From Chloroflexota bacterium (lineage in GTDB: Bacteria; Chloroflexota; Limnocylindria; P2-11E), in the NCBI GenBank assembly GCA_016875665.1, contig VGPA01000001.1:1-34847 (forward strand): a DNA stretch of 34,847 nucleotides. The letters are read 5' to 3'. Under the pieces are notes generated by a model. The model saw nothing but the letters and a program-made list of their open reading frames with translations. It ran no database searches and was not told the DNA's origin. This document shows, one piece after another, positions 8,441 to 16,743 of this stretch (positions within the stretch are counted from its first letter, which is position 1; the number at the start of each line of letters is the position of its first letter). The position numbers and the translations under genes were made by a program.

Positions 8441-9659
8441 CGCGGACAGCCGGAACCGGCACGATGAACTTGCCTCCGCCCGCGCGGAACGCGGCCTGCT
8501 GGGCCATGATCTCGTCGGCGAGGTTCCACGCCAGCAGCAGCAGGAAGTCCGGCTTGTCGGCCGCGATCCGCTCGGGCGGCAGGATCGGGAGGTGGCTCCC
8601 GGGCATGTACTTGTTCTGCTTGTAGGTGCTCCGGTCGACCACGTACTCGAGGTGACGCTTGTCGATCCCCATGTAGTTCATCAGCGTGCTGCCCTTCGCC
8701 GCGGCCCCGTACCCGACGACGCGCTTGCCTTCGGCGCGGAGCTTGGTGAGCAGCGGGACCAGGTTGTCGCGGAGCGCGTCCACGCGCTTGCCGAAGTCGG
8801 CGTAGTACTTCGTGTCGCCGACCCAGGCCCTCTCGTCCTCGAGCATCTTCCGGACACGCGGGCGATCGCCCTCTTTCCCGGCGTGCGTGACCGTGACCTG
8901 AAGGGTGCCGCCGTGGATCGGGATCCACTCCACGTCGGCGGCCGCGAGGCCGTGACGGCGATAGAGGTGCTCGAGCGCGGTGAGCGAGTGGCAGTAGTAA
9001 TGCTCGTGGTACATGGTGTCGAACTCGAGGTTGTCGATCATGTCCTTTGCGTACGGGGTCTCCATGACGAAGATCCCATCCGGCTTCAGGAGGATCTTGA
9101 TGCCGCCGACGACGTCGTTGATGTCGGGGACGTGCGCCATCACGTTGTTCGCGAGCATCACGTCCCCGTGCTTGCCCTCGGCCTCGAGCCGCGAGGCCAC
9201 CTTGACGCCGAAGAACTCGGCGACGGTCGGGATGCCGTGCTCGATCGCGTACTTCGCGATGTTGCGCGCGGGCTCGACGCCCAGGACGGGCACGCCGGCG
9301 GCGACGAAGTTCTTTAGGAGGTATCCGTCGTTGCTCGCAAGCTCGACCACGAGGCTCTTCGCGTTCAGCTTGCGCTCCACGCGCAGCCGGTCGGCGACCT
9401 CCTTGGCGTGGCGAAGCATCGTGTCCGAGAACGACGAGAAGTACAGGTAGTTGCCGAACATGATCTCGGGATCGACGTCCTCGGTGATCTGGATCAGGGT
9501 GCACTGCTTGCAGAGGACGACCTTCAGCGGATAGAGCGTCTCGGGCTTGCCGAGGGTCTCGTCCGTGAGCAGCGCGTTCGCCAGCGGCTGCTCGTGGAGG
9601 TCCAGGAACGGGAAGAGGTCGCGTGACCCGCACGAGCGGCAGGCGGTGATCGTGGTCAC
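8433..9659 (-). CDS. NDP-hexose C-methyltransferase, paralogue 2 (coupled to the CDP-hexose genes)
   Basis: 408 aa with a GTG start and a GTGA overlap. Same architecture as 2692-3945: CRSCGS...CKQC ribbon, [22 protein letters not shown]...[36 protein letters not shown]. 25 Lys against 6 in paralogue 1. Confidence 0.8.
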   Translation of the reverse strand: MTTITACRSCGSRDLFPFLDLHEQPLANALLTDETLGKPETLYPLKVVLCKQCTLIQITEDVDPEIMFGNYLYFSSFSDTMLRHAKEVADRLRVERKLNAKSLVVELASNDGYLLKNFVAAGVPVLGVEPARNIAKYAIEHGIPTVAEFFGVKVASRLEAEGKHGDVMLANNVMAHVPDINDVVGGIKILLKPDGIFVMETPYAKDMIDNLEFDTMYHEHYYCHSLTALEHLYRRHGLAAADVEWIPIHGGTLQVTVTHAGKEGDRPRVRKMLEDERAWVGDTKYYADFGKRVDALRDNLVPLLTKLRAEGKRVVGYGAAAKGSTLMNYMGIDKRHLEYVVDRSTYKQNKYMPGSHLPILPPERIAADKPDFLLLLAWNLADEIMAQQAAFRAGGGKFIVPVPAVRVV

Positions 9660-10648
9660 GATCGGCTCCTATCGGTCGCGAAGAAGTCGCGGTACCAGGC
9701 GACCGTCCGGTCGAGCCCCTCGCGCAGGGTGTAGCGCGGCTTCCAGCTGAGCTCGCGCATCGCCTTGGTCGGGTCGAGGTACTGGTTGTCGATCTCGTTG
9801 GTCGCTTCGGCCCGCACGTCGGGCTGCAGATCCTCACGGCCACAGGCCGCGAGCGTCTCCTTCACCAGCTCGAGGACGGTCCACGGCTTGTGATGGCCGA
9901 AGTTGAAGGCCTGCCCCGCCAGCTCCCGCCGCTCGGCGAGCTTCTCGGCCAGGGTCATGTACGCGGACACCGCGTTGTCCACGAAGATGAACTCGCGCAG
10001 GCTCGAGCCGTCGCTTCGGATCACCGGCCGCTCGCCGTTGAGCGCGGCGCGGATCGTTCCCGGGACGATGCGGCTCCAGTTGAGGTCCCCGCCGCCGTAG
10101 AAGTTGCCGCAGCGCGTGATGGCCACCGGCAGTCCCCACGTGGCGGCGTACGCCTGGGCGATGAGGTCGGCACACGACTTGCTGACGTCGTACGGGTGCC
10201 GCCCCTGCAGCGGGACCCCCTCGTCGTAGGGCAGCTCGGCGTGGTAGCCGTAGGCCTTGTCCGACGAGGCGATGACGATCTGCTTGACGAGAGGGCTCCG
10301 CCGGCATGCCTCGAGGACCGTCCAGGTCCCCTTGATGTTCGTCTCAAACGTGGAGAGCGGATTGCGGTTGCCGATGCCGACGATCGCCTGCGCCGCGAGG
10401 TGGAGAACCGTGTCGACCTCGTACTCCCCGAGTGTCCGCTCCACCGCCTCCTGGTCGCACACGTCGCCGCGCACGACCTTCACCTTGTTGACCAGCCCGC
10501 TGAGGATGAGGTTCGACTGCGGCACCCAGTCGCGCACGAGGCAGACGACATCGGCGCCGTCTTCGAGCAGTTGGCGGACGAGCCAGCCGCCGACGAGGCC
10601 GGTGGAGCCGGTGACGAGGGTGCGGCGGCCGCGCCAGAACGCGCTCAT
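9656..10648 (-). CDS. rfbG: CDP-glucose 4,6-dehydratase
   Basis: [23 protein letters not shown]..., [19 protein letters not shown], and the characteristic FW.gkrVlvTG N-terminus. Start ATG 10648 forms an ATGA overlap with the rfbF stop. Confidence 0.85.
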   Translation of the reverse strand: MSAFWRGRRTLVTGSTGLVGGWLVRQLLEDGADVVCLVRDWVPQSNLILSGLVNKVKVVRGDVCDQEAVERTLGEYEVDTVLHLAAQAIVGIGNRNPLSTFETNIKGTWTVLEACRRSPLVKQIVIASSDKAYGYHAELPYDEGVPLQGRHPYDVSKSCADLIAQAYAATWGLPVAITRCGNFYGGGDLNWSRIVPGTIRAALNGERPVIRSDGSSLREFIFVDNAVSAYMTLAEKLAERRELAGQAFNFGHHKPWTVLELVKETLAACGREDLQPDVRAEATNEIDNQYLDPTKAMRELSWKPRYTLREGLDRTVAWYRDFFATDRSRS

Positions 10649-11418
10649 GCCGACGCCAGCCAGCCGGGACGTCCGGACGCCCACTCGCTGTTCAACTGCA
10701 GCGTGTCGCGGTAGGTGTCCATCGACGCCCAGTAGCCGTCGTGCTCGTACACCGCGAGCTGGCCGCGCTCCGTGAGCCGCTGCATCGGTCCGCGCTCGAA
10801 GATCTCGTCCTCGCCTACGTCAGCGAGCGCTGACGCCTCCATCGCGAAGAAGCCGCCGTTGACGCGACCCGCGTGCAGCTGTGGCTTCTCCTGGAACGAC
10901 TTCGCGATGCCGTCCTTCGCTTCGATCTCGCCGAACCGGGACACCGGCCGCACGCCGGTCACCGTGGCGAGTTTGCCCTTTGCCCGGTGGAACGTGAGCA
11001 GCTTTCCGAGGTCGACATTGGACACGCCGTCCCCGTAGGTCCAGAGGAAGGTCCCCTCGTCGAGGTGGCGGCGGACCTTCTTGAGGCGGCCGCCCGTGGC
11101 CGTCTCCGCTCCGGTTTCGGCGAGGGTCACCGTCCATTCACGCTCGTCGGCCAATCCGTCGAGGTACTCGACCTTCGCCGCGCCGATGCCGATGCGCACG
11201 TCGCCGTTCATGGCCTTGTAGTCGAGGAAGTATTCGCGGATGAGATCCCCCTTGTAGCCCAGGCAGAGGATGAATTCGTGGAACCCGTGGCGCGAGTAGT
11301 GCTTCAGGATGTGCCAGAGGATCGGCCGGCCGCCCACCTCGACCATCGGCTTGGGGCGGAACTCCGTCTCCTCGCGCAGGCGGGTGCCCAGGCCCCCGCA
11401 GAGGATCACGACCTTCAT
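10645..11418 (-). CDS. rfbF: Glucose-1-phosphate cytidylyltransferase
   Basis: [41 protein letters not shown]...FILCLGYKG...TGGRLKK...[10 protein letters not shown]...EKPQ...INGGFF...DGYWASMDT. This is the textbook RfbF motif set. Confidence 0.9.
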   Translation of the reverse strand: MKVVILCGGLGTRLREETEFRPKPMVEVGGRPILWHILKHYSRHGFHEFILCLGYKGDLIREYFLDYKAMNGDVRIGIGAAKVEYLDGLADEREWTVTLAETGAETATGGRLKKVRRHLDEGTFLWTYGDGVSNVDLGKLLTFHRAKGKLATVTGVRPVSRFGEIEAKDGIAKSFQEKPQLHAGRVNGGFFAMEASALADVGEDEIFERGPMQRLTERGQLAVYEHDGYWASMDTYRDTLQLNSEWASGRPGWLASA

Positions 11419-11426
11419 TTCGCAGG

Positions 11427-11453
11427 ATTATCGCGGCTGCGCCGCGCAGCCGC
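11427..11453 (-). promoter_or_regulatory. Candidate leaderless promoter -10 (GATAAT) plus an adjacent 21-bp perfect palindrome (candidate operator) upstream of rfbF
   Basis: On the minus strand, GATAAT (plus coordinates 11427-11432) is followed by 8 nt (cctgcgaa) and then ATG 11418, with no Shine-Dalgarno. Immediately upstream is GCGGCTGCG-ccg-CGCAGCCGC (11433-11453), a 9-bp perfect inverted repeat that occupies the spacer and -35 position. Confidence 0.35.
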
Positions 11454-11487
11454 CCAAACGCGCCGCGTCCGATCTAGCGGGGCATCC

Positions 11488-11521
11488 AAAAAGAACAAAT
11501 CCGACGGGTTCGGCCCGTAGG
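11488..11521 (-). terminator. Intrinsic-terminator-like hairpin plus T-tract (minus strand)
   Basis: Minus strand reads CCTACGGG-ccgaa-CCCGTCGG (7 bp with one mismatch) followed by ATTTGTTCTTTTT. It sits exactly where the coding signal (GC3) of the orphan ORF decays. Confidence 0.4.
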
Positions 11522-11803
11522 TGGTGGGATTCGGCGAGATCGTCACGCCGTCGGCGCTCCGCACGCCCGTGATCGTGATGGTGTTCGTGCCGGCCAGGCC
11601 CCACACCCCGAGCGAACCGGTGCACTCGAGGAAGTAGCTGTTCGGTTGGTCCCCCTCCCTGACCGATGCGGTTCCGCCCGGGAGGCAAATCACCCCTGCG
11701 CCCTGGTTGTTGATGTTGTACGAGCTGACGTTCGCAACCGAACCGGCGGCACCCACTTGCCCTTGGACGGCGACCATCTGCTTGGAGAAGACGGGTCGCA
11801 TTT

Positions 11804-11992
11804 GGCTTTCTCATGCACAACTTCCCGCCGGCCCGTGCGTTCATGGGCGACGCCGGAAGCATGCTTCTCGGATTCCTACTCGCCGCAGCGGCGCTCGCCG
11901 GAACAGGACGCACCGCATCCAGCGTCGGGCTTTCATTGATCGGCCCGTTCGCCGTGCTCGCGCTGCCGATCGGCACCCGATTGTCGCGCCGT
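11804..11992 (+). pseudogene. Internal fragment of a WecA/MraY-family phosphotransferase gene (relic paralogous to 13559-13747)
   Basis: By hand alignment, 11804-11971 matches 13559-13726 at 142 of 168 nt with no indels. Protein: GFLMHNFPPARAFMGDAGSMLLGFLLAAAALAGTGRTASSVGLSLIGPFAVLALPI against GFLIHNFSPARVFMGDAGSMLLGFLLAATALADTSRTASNVGLSLIGPLAVLALPI. Weaker similarity (…SRR) continues to about 11992 with a deletion. No homology upstream of 11804. No start codon or N-terminal domain. Confidence 0.85.
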
Positions 11993-12010
11993 GTCCCGCA
12001 ACCGTACAAT
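11981..12010 (+). promoter_or_regulatory. Candidate sigma70/SigA-type promoter for the plus-strand operon (TTGTCG-18 nt-TACAAT)
   Basis: TTGTCG at 11981-11986 and TACAAT at 12005-12010, 19 nt upstream of ATG 12030. It is built from the tail of the wecA relic. Pattern only. Confidence 0.3.
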
Positions 12011-12029
12011 CGGCGGGCTGAACCGTCCG

Positions 12030-13004
12030 ATGAAGAGCATTCGCGTGGGTGTGATTGGCGTGGGCAACATGGGAATCCACCACGCGCGGGTGTTCTCGAT
12101 GATCCCCGGCGTCGAGGTCGTGGGAGTCGCCGACCCAGACCCGGAGAGGCTGGGGCGCGCGCGCGACGCCCATGACGTACCCGGTTTCGCGGACCACCGT
12201 GAGCTCTTGGGGATCGTCGACGCGGTTTCGATCGCCGTCCCGACCGCCCTCCACCGAAGGATCGCTGGCGAGTGCCTCGAGCGAAACGTGCATGTCCTCG
12301 TGGAAAAGCCGATCGCGGCGAGCGTCGGGGAGGGCGAGGAGCTATTCGCGCTCGCCCATCGCCACAAGGTCGTGCTCCAGGTCGGCCACATCGAGCGCTT
12401 CAATCCGGCGGTGCAGGAGCTGCGGAAGATTGTCGTCGGCCAGACGCTGTACGCGATCGGCACCCGGCGGTGCAGTCCGCCCACGCCCCAGATCGCGGAC
12501 GTCGACGTCGTATTTGATCTGCTGATCCACGATCTCGACATCGCACTCGCGCTCGCGGACGCCCCGGTCCGTTCGATCAAGGCGATGGGCCGTGCGGTCA
12601 AGGATCGCCGCACCGATCACGTTCTCGCACAGGTCGAGTTCGCGAACGGAATCCTCGCCGACCTTGTTGCGAGCAAGATCACCCAGCAGCGCATCAGGGA
12701 GCTTGCCGTGACGACGGACAGCTCCTACATCACCCTCGACTACATCAGCCGCGATATCGCGGTGTACCGCAACGCCTCGGTGACCGCGGCCGGCGGCGCC
12801 TCCAGTCCGCTGCAGCACACCGAAGGAGTCGTCGTCGAAAAGCCGGTCGTGCGGCCCATTGAGCCGCTCCGACTCGAGCTGGAGCACTTCATCGGGTGCG
12901 TCAACGGCGGGCCGGCGGTCACCAGCCCTTCCGATGCGCTGGCGGCGCTGCGCCTCGCCAGCGCCATCGCGGACCAGGTCGCGCTCCGTCCGAGCGGCTC
13001 CTAG
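12030..13004 (+). CDS. Gfo/Idh/MocA-family NAD(P)-dependent sugar oxidoreductase (WbpB/UDP-sugar 3-dehydrogenase-like)
   Basis: MKSIRVGVIGVGNMGIHHARVF..., VSIAVPTALH, VLVEKPIA, and the GHIERFNP motif. Start ATG 12030. The 13 upstream codons in the track read through the relic. Confidence 0.8.
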   Translation: MKSIRVGVIGVGNMGIHHARVFSMIPGVEVVGVADPDPERLGRARDAHDVPGFADHRELLGIVDAVSIAVPTALHRRIAGECLERNVHVLVEKPIAASVGEGEELFALAHRHKVVLQVGHIERFNPAVQELRKIVVGQTLYAIGTRRCSPPTPQIADVDVVFDLLIHDLDIALALADAPVRSIKAMGRAVKDRRTDHVLAQVEFANGILADLVASKITQQRIRELAVTTDSSYITLDYISRDIAVYRNASVTAAGGASSPLQHTEGVVVEKPVVRPIEPLRLELEHFIGCVNGGPAVTSPSDALAALRLASAIADQVALRPSGS

Positions 13005-13006
13005 AG

Positions 13007-14773
13007 ATGGATCACCTCGCGGCGGTCCTCATCGCTGCCTTCGCGGTCAGCGCCCTTTGCACACCGCTCTTCGCGCGGCTGGCCCGCCGGATCGGTCTCA
13101 CCTCGAAAGTGCGCGACGACCGCTGGGGAGCGGGTCGCACGATCCCGCTGCTCGGCGGCGCGGCCATGGCGCTCGCCCTGCTCGTGGTGCTCTCCGCGGC
13201 CCCGGGGCATGAGGATCTGCTCGCCGTGCTGGGTTGCGCGGCCGCCGCGTTCGCGCTCGGGCTCCTCGACGACTTCCGCCACCTCGAGCCCTCGACGAAG
13301 CTGGTGGGGCAGGTGGTGGTCGGCTCGGTTCTCTTCTTCGGCGGCGTCAAAGTCGAGTTCATCGGCTTCGCGCCCATCGCGTTCCTGCTGACGGTGTTCT
13401 GGGTGGTCGCGATGATGAACGCACTCAACCTCATGGACAATATGGACGGGTTGGCTGCGGGCGTCACCGCGATCGCGGCCATCGCGCTTGCCGTGGGCGC
13501 CACGCCGGACAGCCCGACCGCGGCGCTCCTTGCGGCGGCGACGGCGGGGATCTCCCTCGGCTTTCTCATCCACAACTTCTCACCGGCGCGCGTGTTCATG
13601 GGCGACGCCGGAAGCATGCTGCTCGGGTTCCTGCTCGCCGCCACGGCCCTCGCCGACACGAGCCGGACCGCGTCGAACGTCGGGTTGTCACTGATCGGTC
13701 CGCTCGCCGTGCTCGCGCTGCCGATCTTCGACACCACGCTGGTGGCCGTTTCGCGGCGGCTCGCCGGGCGATCGGTCGGCCAAGGCGGGAGAGATCACAC
13801 CTCACACCGGCTCGCGGCGCTGGGAATGTCGGACCGGAGTGCCGTGCTCACGCTGTACGCCGTCGCGGCGGCGCTCGCCGGTCTCGGGGTGCTCGCGGAT
13901 CTGCTTTCGACGCTCATCGTCCCGATCGTCGTGCTGTCGATGGTCGCGCTCATCCTGTTCGGGATCTTCCTCCAAGAGGTGCGGGTCTACGGCTGGCGGG
14001 GCCGGCCGGGATCGGACGCCGTCGAGCAGAGCGCCGTCCGCCGGAACATGTGGCTCATCGCGCGGTTCGGCGGTGAGATCGGCTTGGACGCCATCCTCCT
14101 CACCGTCGCGTACTACAGCTCGTTCCTGATCCGGTTCGAGGGCCCTCCGGAAGACTCGTGGCTGTACCTCTTCGTCGAGTCGGTTCCGATCGTCGTGGCG
14201 ATCCAGCTCGGCACGCTCGTGCTGTTCGGCGCGTACCGGACGCTCTGGCGCTACGTCGGAGTCTCGGATGCCACGGTGATCGTCCAGGCCGTCATCGTGG
14301 GCGCGGCCGCCGCGGCGTTCGCACTCCTTTTCATCTACCGCTTCGAGGGCTACTCGAGGGCAGCGTTCATCATCGACGGGCTCCTCGCCGCCGCCCTGCT
14401 CGTCGCGAGCCGCGCTTCACTCGTTTGGCTGCAGCATTGGTTCGCGCGTCTGCCGAAGGCCGACAGCACGCGCGTGCTGATCGTGGGCGCGAATGACGGG
14501 GGAGCTTTCGCGCATCGGCTGCTCACCCACTCGACCGAGCGGACCTACCACGTCGTCGGGTTCCTCGACGACGACCCGGGCAAGCGCTATCGCAACGTCG
14601 CCGGCGTCCGGATCGTCGGCACCACGGCGGACCTTCCGGCCGTGGTCGAGCGGCTGAACGCCGAGCTGGTCGTCCTGGCGCTCGGTCAGGACGATCGTGA
14701 AGCGACCGCCCGAATCCGGGCCGCCGCCAGCGAGGCCGGAATCGAGTGCCGCGAGCTCATCCTCCCCTTGTGA
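13007..14773 (+). CDS. Polyprenyl-phosphate hexose/HexNAc-1-phosphate transferase (WecA/MraY family) fused to a CapD/WbpM/PglF-type N-terminal membrane + Rossmann-like domain
   Basis: 588 aa from ATG 13007. N-terminal half: LLDDFRHL, NALNLMDNMDGLAAG, VFMGDAGSMLLGF, DHTSHRL. C-terminal half: 4 predicted TM helices, then RVLIVGANDGGAFAHRLL...YHVVGFLDDDPGKRYRNVAGVRIVGTTADLPAVVERLNAELVVLAL. That pattern normally precedes the dehydratase domain of CapD/WbpM or the catalytic domain of WbaP-type transferases. Confidence 0.8.
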   Translation: MDHLAAVLIAAFAVSALCTPLFARLARRIGLTSKVRDDRWGAGRTIPLLGGAAMALALLVVLSAAPGHEDLLAVLGCAAAAFALGLLDDFRHLEPSTKLVGQVVVGSVLFFGGVKVEFIGFAPIAFLLTVFWVVAMMNALNLMDNMDGLAAGVTAIAAIALAVGATPDSPTAALLAAATAGISLGFLIHNFSPARVFMGDAGSMLLGFLLAATALADTSRTASNVGLSLIGPLAVLALPIFDTTLVAVSRRLAGRSVGQGGRDHTSHRLAALGMSDRSAVLTLYAVAAALAGLGVLADLLSTLIVPIVVLSMVALILFGIFLQEVRVYGWRGRPGSDAVEQSAVRRNMWLIARFGGEIGLDAILLTVAYYSSFLIRFEGPPEDSWLYLFVESVPIVVAIQLGTLVLFGAYRTLWRYVGVSDATVIVQAVIVGAAAAAFALLFIYRFEGYSRAAFIIDGLLAAALLVASRASLVWLQHWFARLPKADSTRVLIVGANDGGAFAHRLLTHSTERTYHVVGFLDDDPGKRYRNVAGVRIVGTTADLPAVVERLNAELVVLALGQDDREATARIRAAASEAGIECRELILPL

Positions 14774-15753
14774 GCGGGCCTCTCGTCTCGGTCGTTCTCG
14801 GCACGTTCAACCAGGCCCCCTACATCGAGCAGGCGATCGAGAGCGTGCTGGCGCAGACGCACGGCGAGATCGAGTTGATCATCGTCGACAACGGCTCGAC
14901 GGACGGCACCACGGAGATCGTGATGGGCTACGCGGCCCGGCCGAACGTCCTGATTCAGCACCATGACGAGAACGGTCCGGTGACCGCGCGCCTGAACCGG
15001 GCTCTCGACGCAGCTCGTGGCGAGTTCGTTTCGTTTCTGTTCGGCGACGACTACTACCTTGCGGACAAGACGGCGCGCCAGCTCGCGCGGTTCGGAGCGC
15101 TCGGTCCCGAGTACGGAGTCGTCTACGGCCCCGGGTTTCGCCTGAACGCACGCACCGGGCGGCAGTGGCTCCACCGCGGTCGAGGCCCTTCCGGATGGGT
15201 GGCGGCCGATCTGCTGACGCACTTCCATTCCGCGTCACTCAACCCGATCGCACCGCTTATCCGGGCGAGCGCCCTGTCGCGGCACCGCTTCCACGAGGAG
15301 ATCTTCCTCGAAGGCACCGAGAGCGTCCTGCTCCGGTTGAGCCTGTCCTGCAAGTTCTCGTACCTGCCCGAACCGCTCGTGGTCATGCGCGATCACCCGA
15401 CCAACTGGGGGAAGGCCTTCCGCAAGAACGTGGAGTACAACTTCCTGCTGCTCGACCTGCTTCGGAAGGAGCCTTCATTCCCCGAGTCGCTGACACCCGT
15501 GCTCGTCTCCGTGAAAGCGCAGGCGCTTCGGAGCCTGGGGTGGACCACCGTCAGGCTCACCGATGAGGGAGCCACGGCGCGAGGCTACTTCCGCGACGCG
15601 ATACGACTGCGGCGCCGCCAGGCCTTCCACCCGCGCACGCTGGTGGGCCTCGCTCTCTCCTTCGTGCCTCGCGGCGTGCGCCGCGCGCTGAACGCGGTCG
15701 GCTTCCGACTCCGCCGCCACCGCGCGGAGCTCGGCTACGTTCGCGATGCCTGA
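14770..15753 (+). CDS. Glycosyltransferase family 2
   Basis: VSVVLGTFNQAPYIEQAIESVLAQT...ELIIVDNGSTDGT, and FLFGDDY (DxD). I take GTG 14770 as the start (GTGA overlap with the upstream stop). The track start at 14746 would overlap by 28 nt. Confidence 0.8.
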   Translation: MSGPLVSVVLGTFNQAPYIEQAIESVLAQTHGEIELIIVDNGSTDGTTEIVMGYAARPNVLIQHHDENGPVTARLNRALDAARGEFVSFLFGDDYYLADKTARQLARFGALGPEYGVVYGPGFRLNARTGRQWLHRGRGPSGWVAADLLTHFHSASLNPIAPLIRASALSRHRFHEEIFLEGTESVLLRLSLSCKFSYLPEPLVVMRDHPTNWGKAFRKNVEYNFLLLDLLRKEPSFPESLTPVLVSVKAQALRSLGWTTVRLTDEGATARGYFRDAIRLRRRQAFHPRTLVGLALSFVPRGVRRALNAVGFRLRRHRAELGYVRDA

Positions 15754-15792
15754 GGGAACGCGGTCAGGCGGCGAGCCCGCCGGGACTACAGA

Positions 15793-16743
15793 ATGGTCGC
15801 CGTGAGCGAAGGTCAGCGCATCCTCATCACGGGTGGCGCGGGGTTCATCGGATCGCATCTCATCGATCGCCTCCGCTCGAGGTACGACATCACCCTCTTC
15901 GACAACCTCCAACGCAATGCGCTCGCACGCGACGTGCTGAGCAAGGGTGTGCGGCTCATCGAGGGCAACGTGCTCGACGCCCAGGCGATGACGCGGGCGA
16001 TGGCCGGCCACACGCTGGTGCTCCACCTCGCGGCAATCGCCGGGACGCGATCCGTGGGCAAGGACAGCGCGCTCACCTCCAAGGTCAACTTCACCGGAAC
16101 GGTGAACTGTCTCGAGGCCGCGGCGGACGCGGGTGCCAAGCGCGTCGTGGCATTCTCGACGTCGGAGGTCTACGGCCGCCGAGCGCTGGATGTGACCGAG
16201 GATCAGCCCGCGCAGATCCCGCCCGCCGACGACGACGAGCGCTGGGCCTATGCCGCGAGCAAGCTCGCGGCCGAGCACGCCGCGATGGCATTCCATCGCG
16301 CGGGAAGGGTCGAGGCGGTCGTCGTGCGACCCTTCAACGTGTACGGACCCGGCCAGGTGGGCGAAGGGGCGATCCGGGACATGGTGGACGTCGCGGTGAG
16401 GGGCGGTCCCATCGTGGTCAAGGGCGACGGGACGCAGATTCGCTCGTGGTGCTACGTTGAGGACTTCGTCGACGGCACGGTCGCGTGCCTCGAGCGGCAG
16501 GAGGCCGCAGGACGCATCTTCAACATCGGGAACCCCGCGGCGACGGTCGACAGCAATGAGCTCGCCGCCACGGTCGCGCGGCTCGCGGGAGGAGTCCGGG
16601 TCACGCGCGTGGCCGCGAACGGTCCCGATGTCGAGCAGCGGCGTCCCTCGATCGAGCGCGCGAAAGCGCTGCTCGGCTTCTCGCCGAAGATCGGCCTGGA
16701 GGAGGGCATTCGCCGGACGATCGCGTGGCGCCGCGCCGTCTAG
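15793..16743 (+). CDS. Extended SDR NAD-dependent epimerase/dehydratase
   Basis: RILITGGAGFIGSHLIDRL, FSTSEVYG, YAASKLAAE, RPFNVYGPG, GDGTQIRSWCYVEDFV. Specific activity cannot be assigned. Confidence 0.75.
   Translation: MVAVSEGQRILITGGAGFIGSHLIDRLRSRYDITLFDNLQRNALARDVLSKGVRLIEGNVLDAQAMTRAMAGHTLVLHLAAIAGTRSVGKDSALTSKVNFTGTVNCLEAAADAGAKRVVAFSTSEVYGRRALDVTEDQPAQIPPADDDERWAYAASKLAAEHAAMAFHRAGRVEAVVVRPFNVYGPGQVGEGAIRDMVDVAVRGGPIVVKGDGTQIRSWCYVEDFVDGTVACLERQEAAGRIFNIGNPAATVDSNELAATVARLAGGVRVTRVAANGPDVEQRRPSIERAKALLGFSPKIGLEEGIRRTIAWRRAV

Larger units (their letters stand above)
11415..11801 (-). pseudogene. Orphan 128-codon ORF, probably the 3'-terminal relic of a larger Gly/Thr/Asn-rich (beta-rich) protein gene
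   Basis: In my hand count, 87 of the first 100 codons end in G or C (a coding-like figure), against 17 of the last 28. An in-frame TGA lies 4 codons upstream of the ATG. The ATG (11801) sits 3 nt from the sharp homology breakpoint of the wecA relic. There is no signal peptide and no motif I recognise. The terminator-like hairpin lies inside the ORF tail. I cannot exclude a real small protein that is ATGA-coupled to rfbF. Confidence 0.35.

Noticed and set aside
11813-12175. 120-aa plus-strand ORF as a possible small membrane protein
   Set aside because: Its first 55 or so residues are the wecA relic. After that it runs out of frame into the Gfo/Idh/MocA gene as Arg-rich junk. It has no independent start context.
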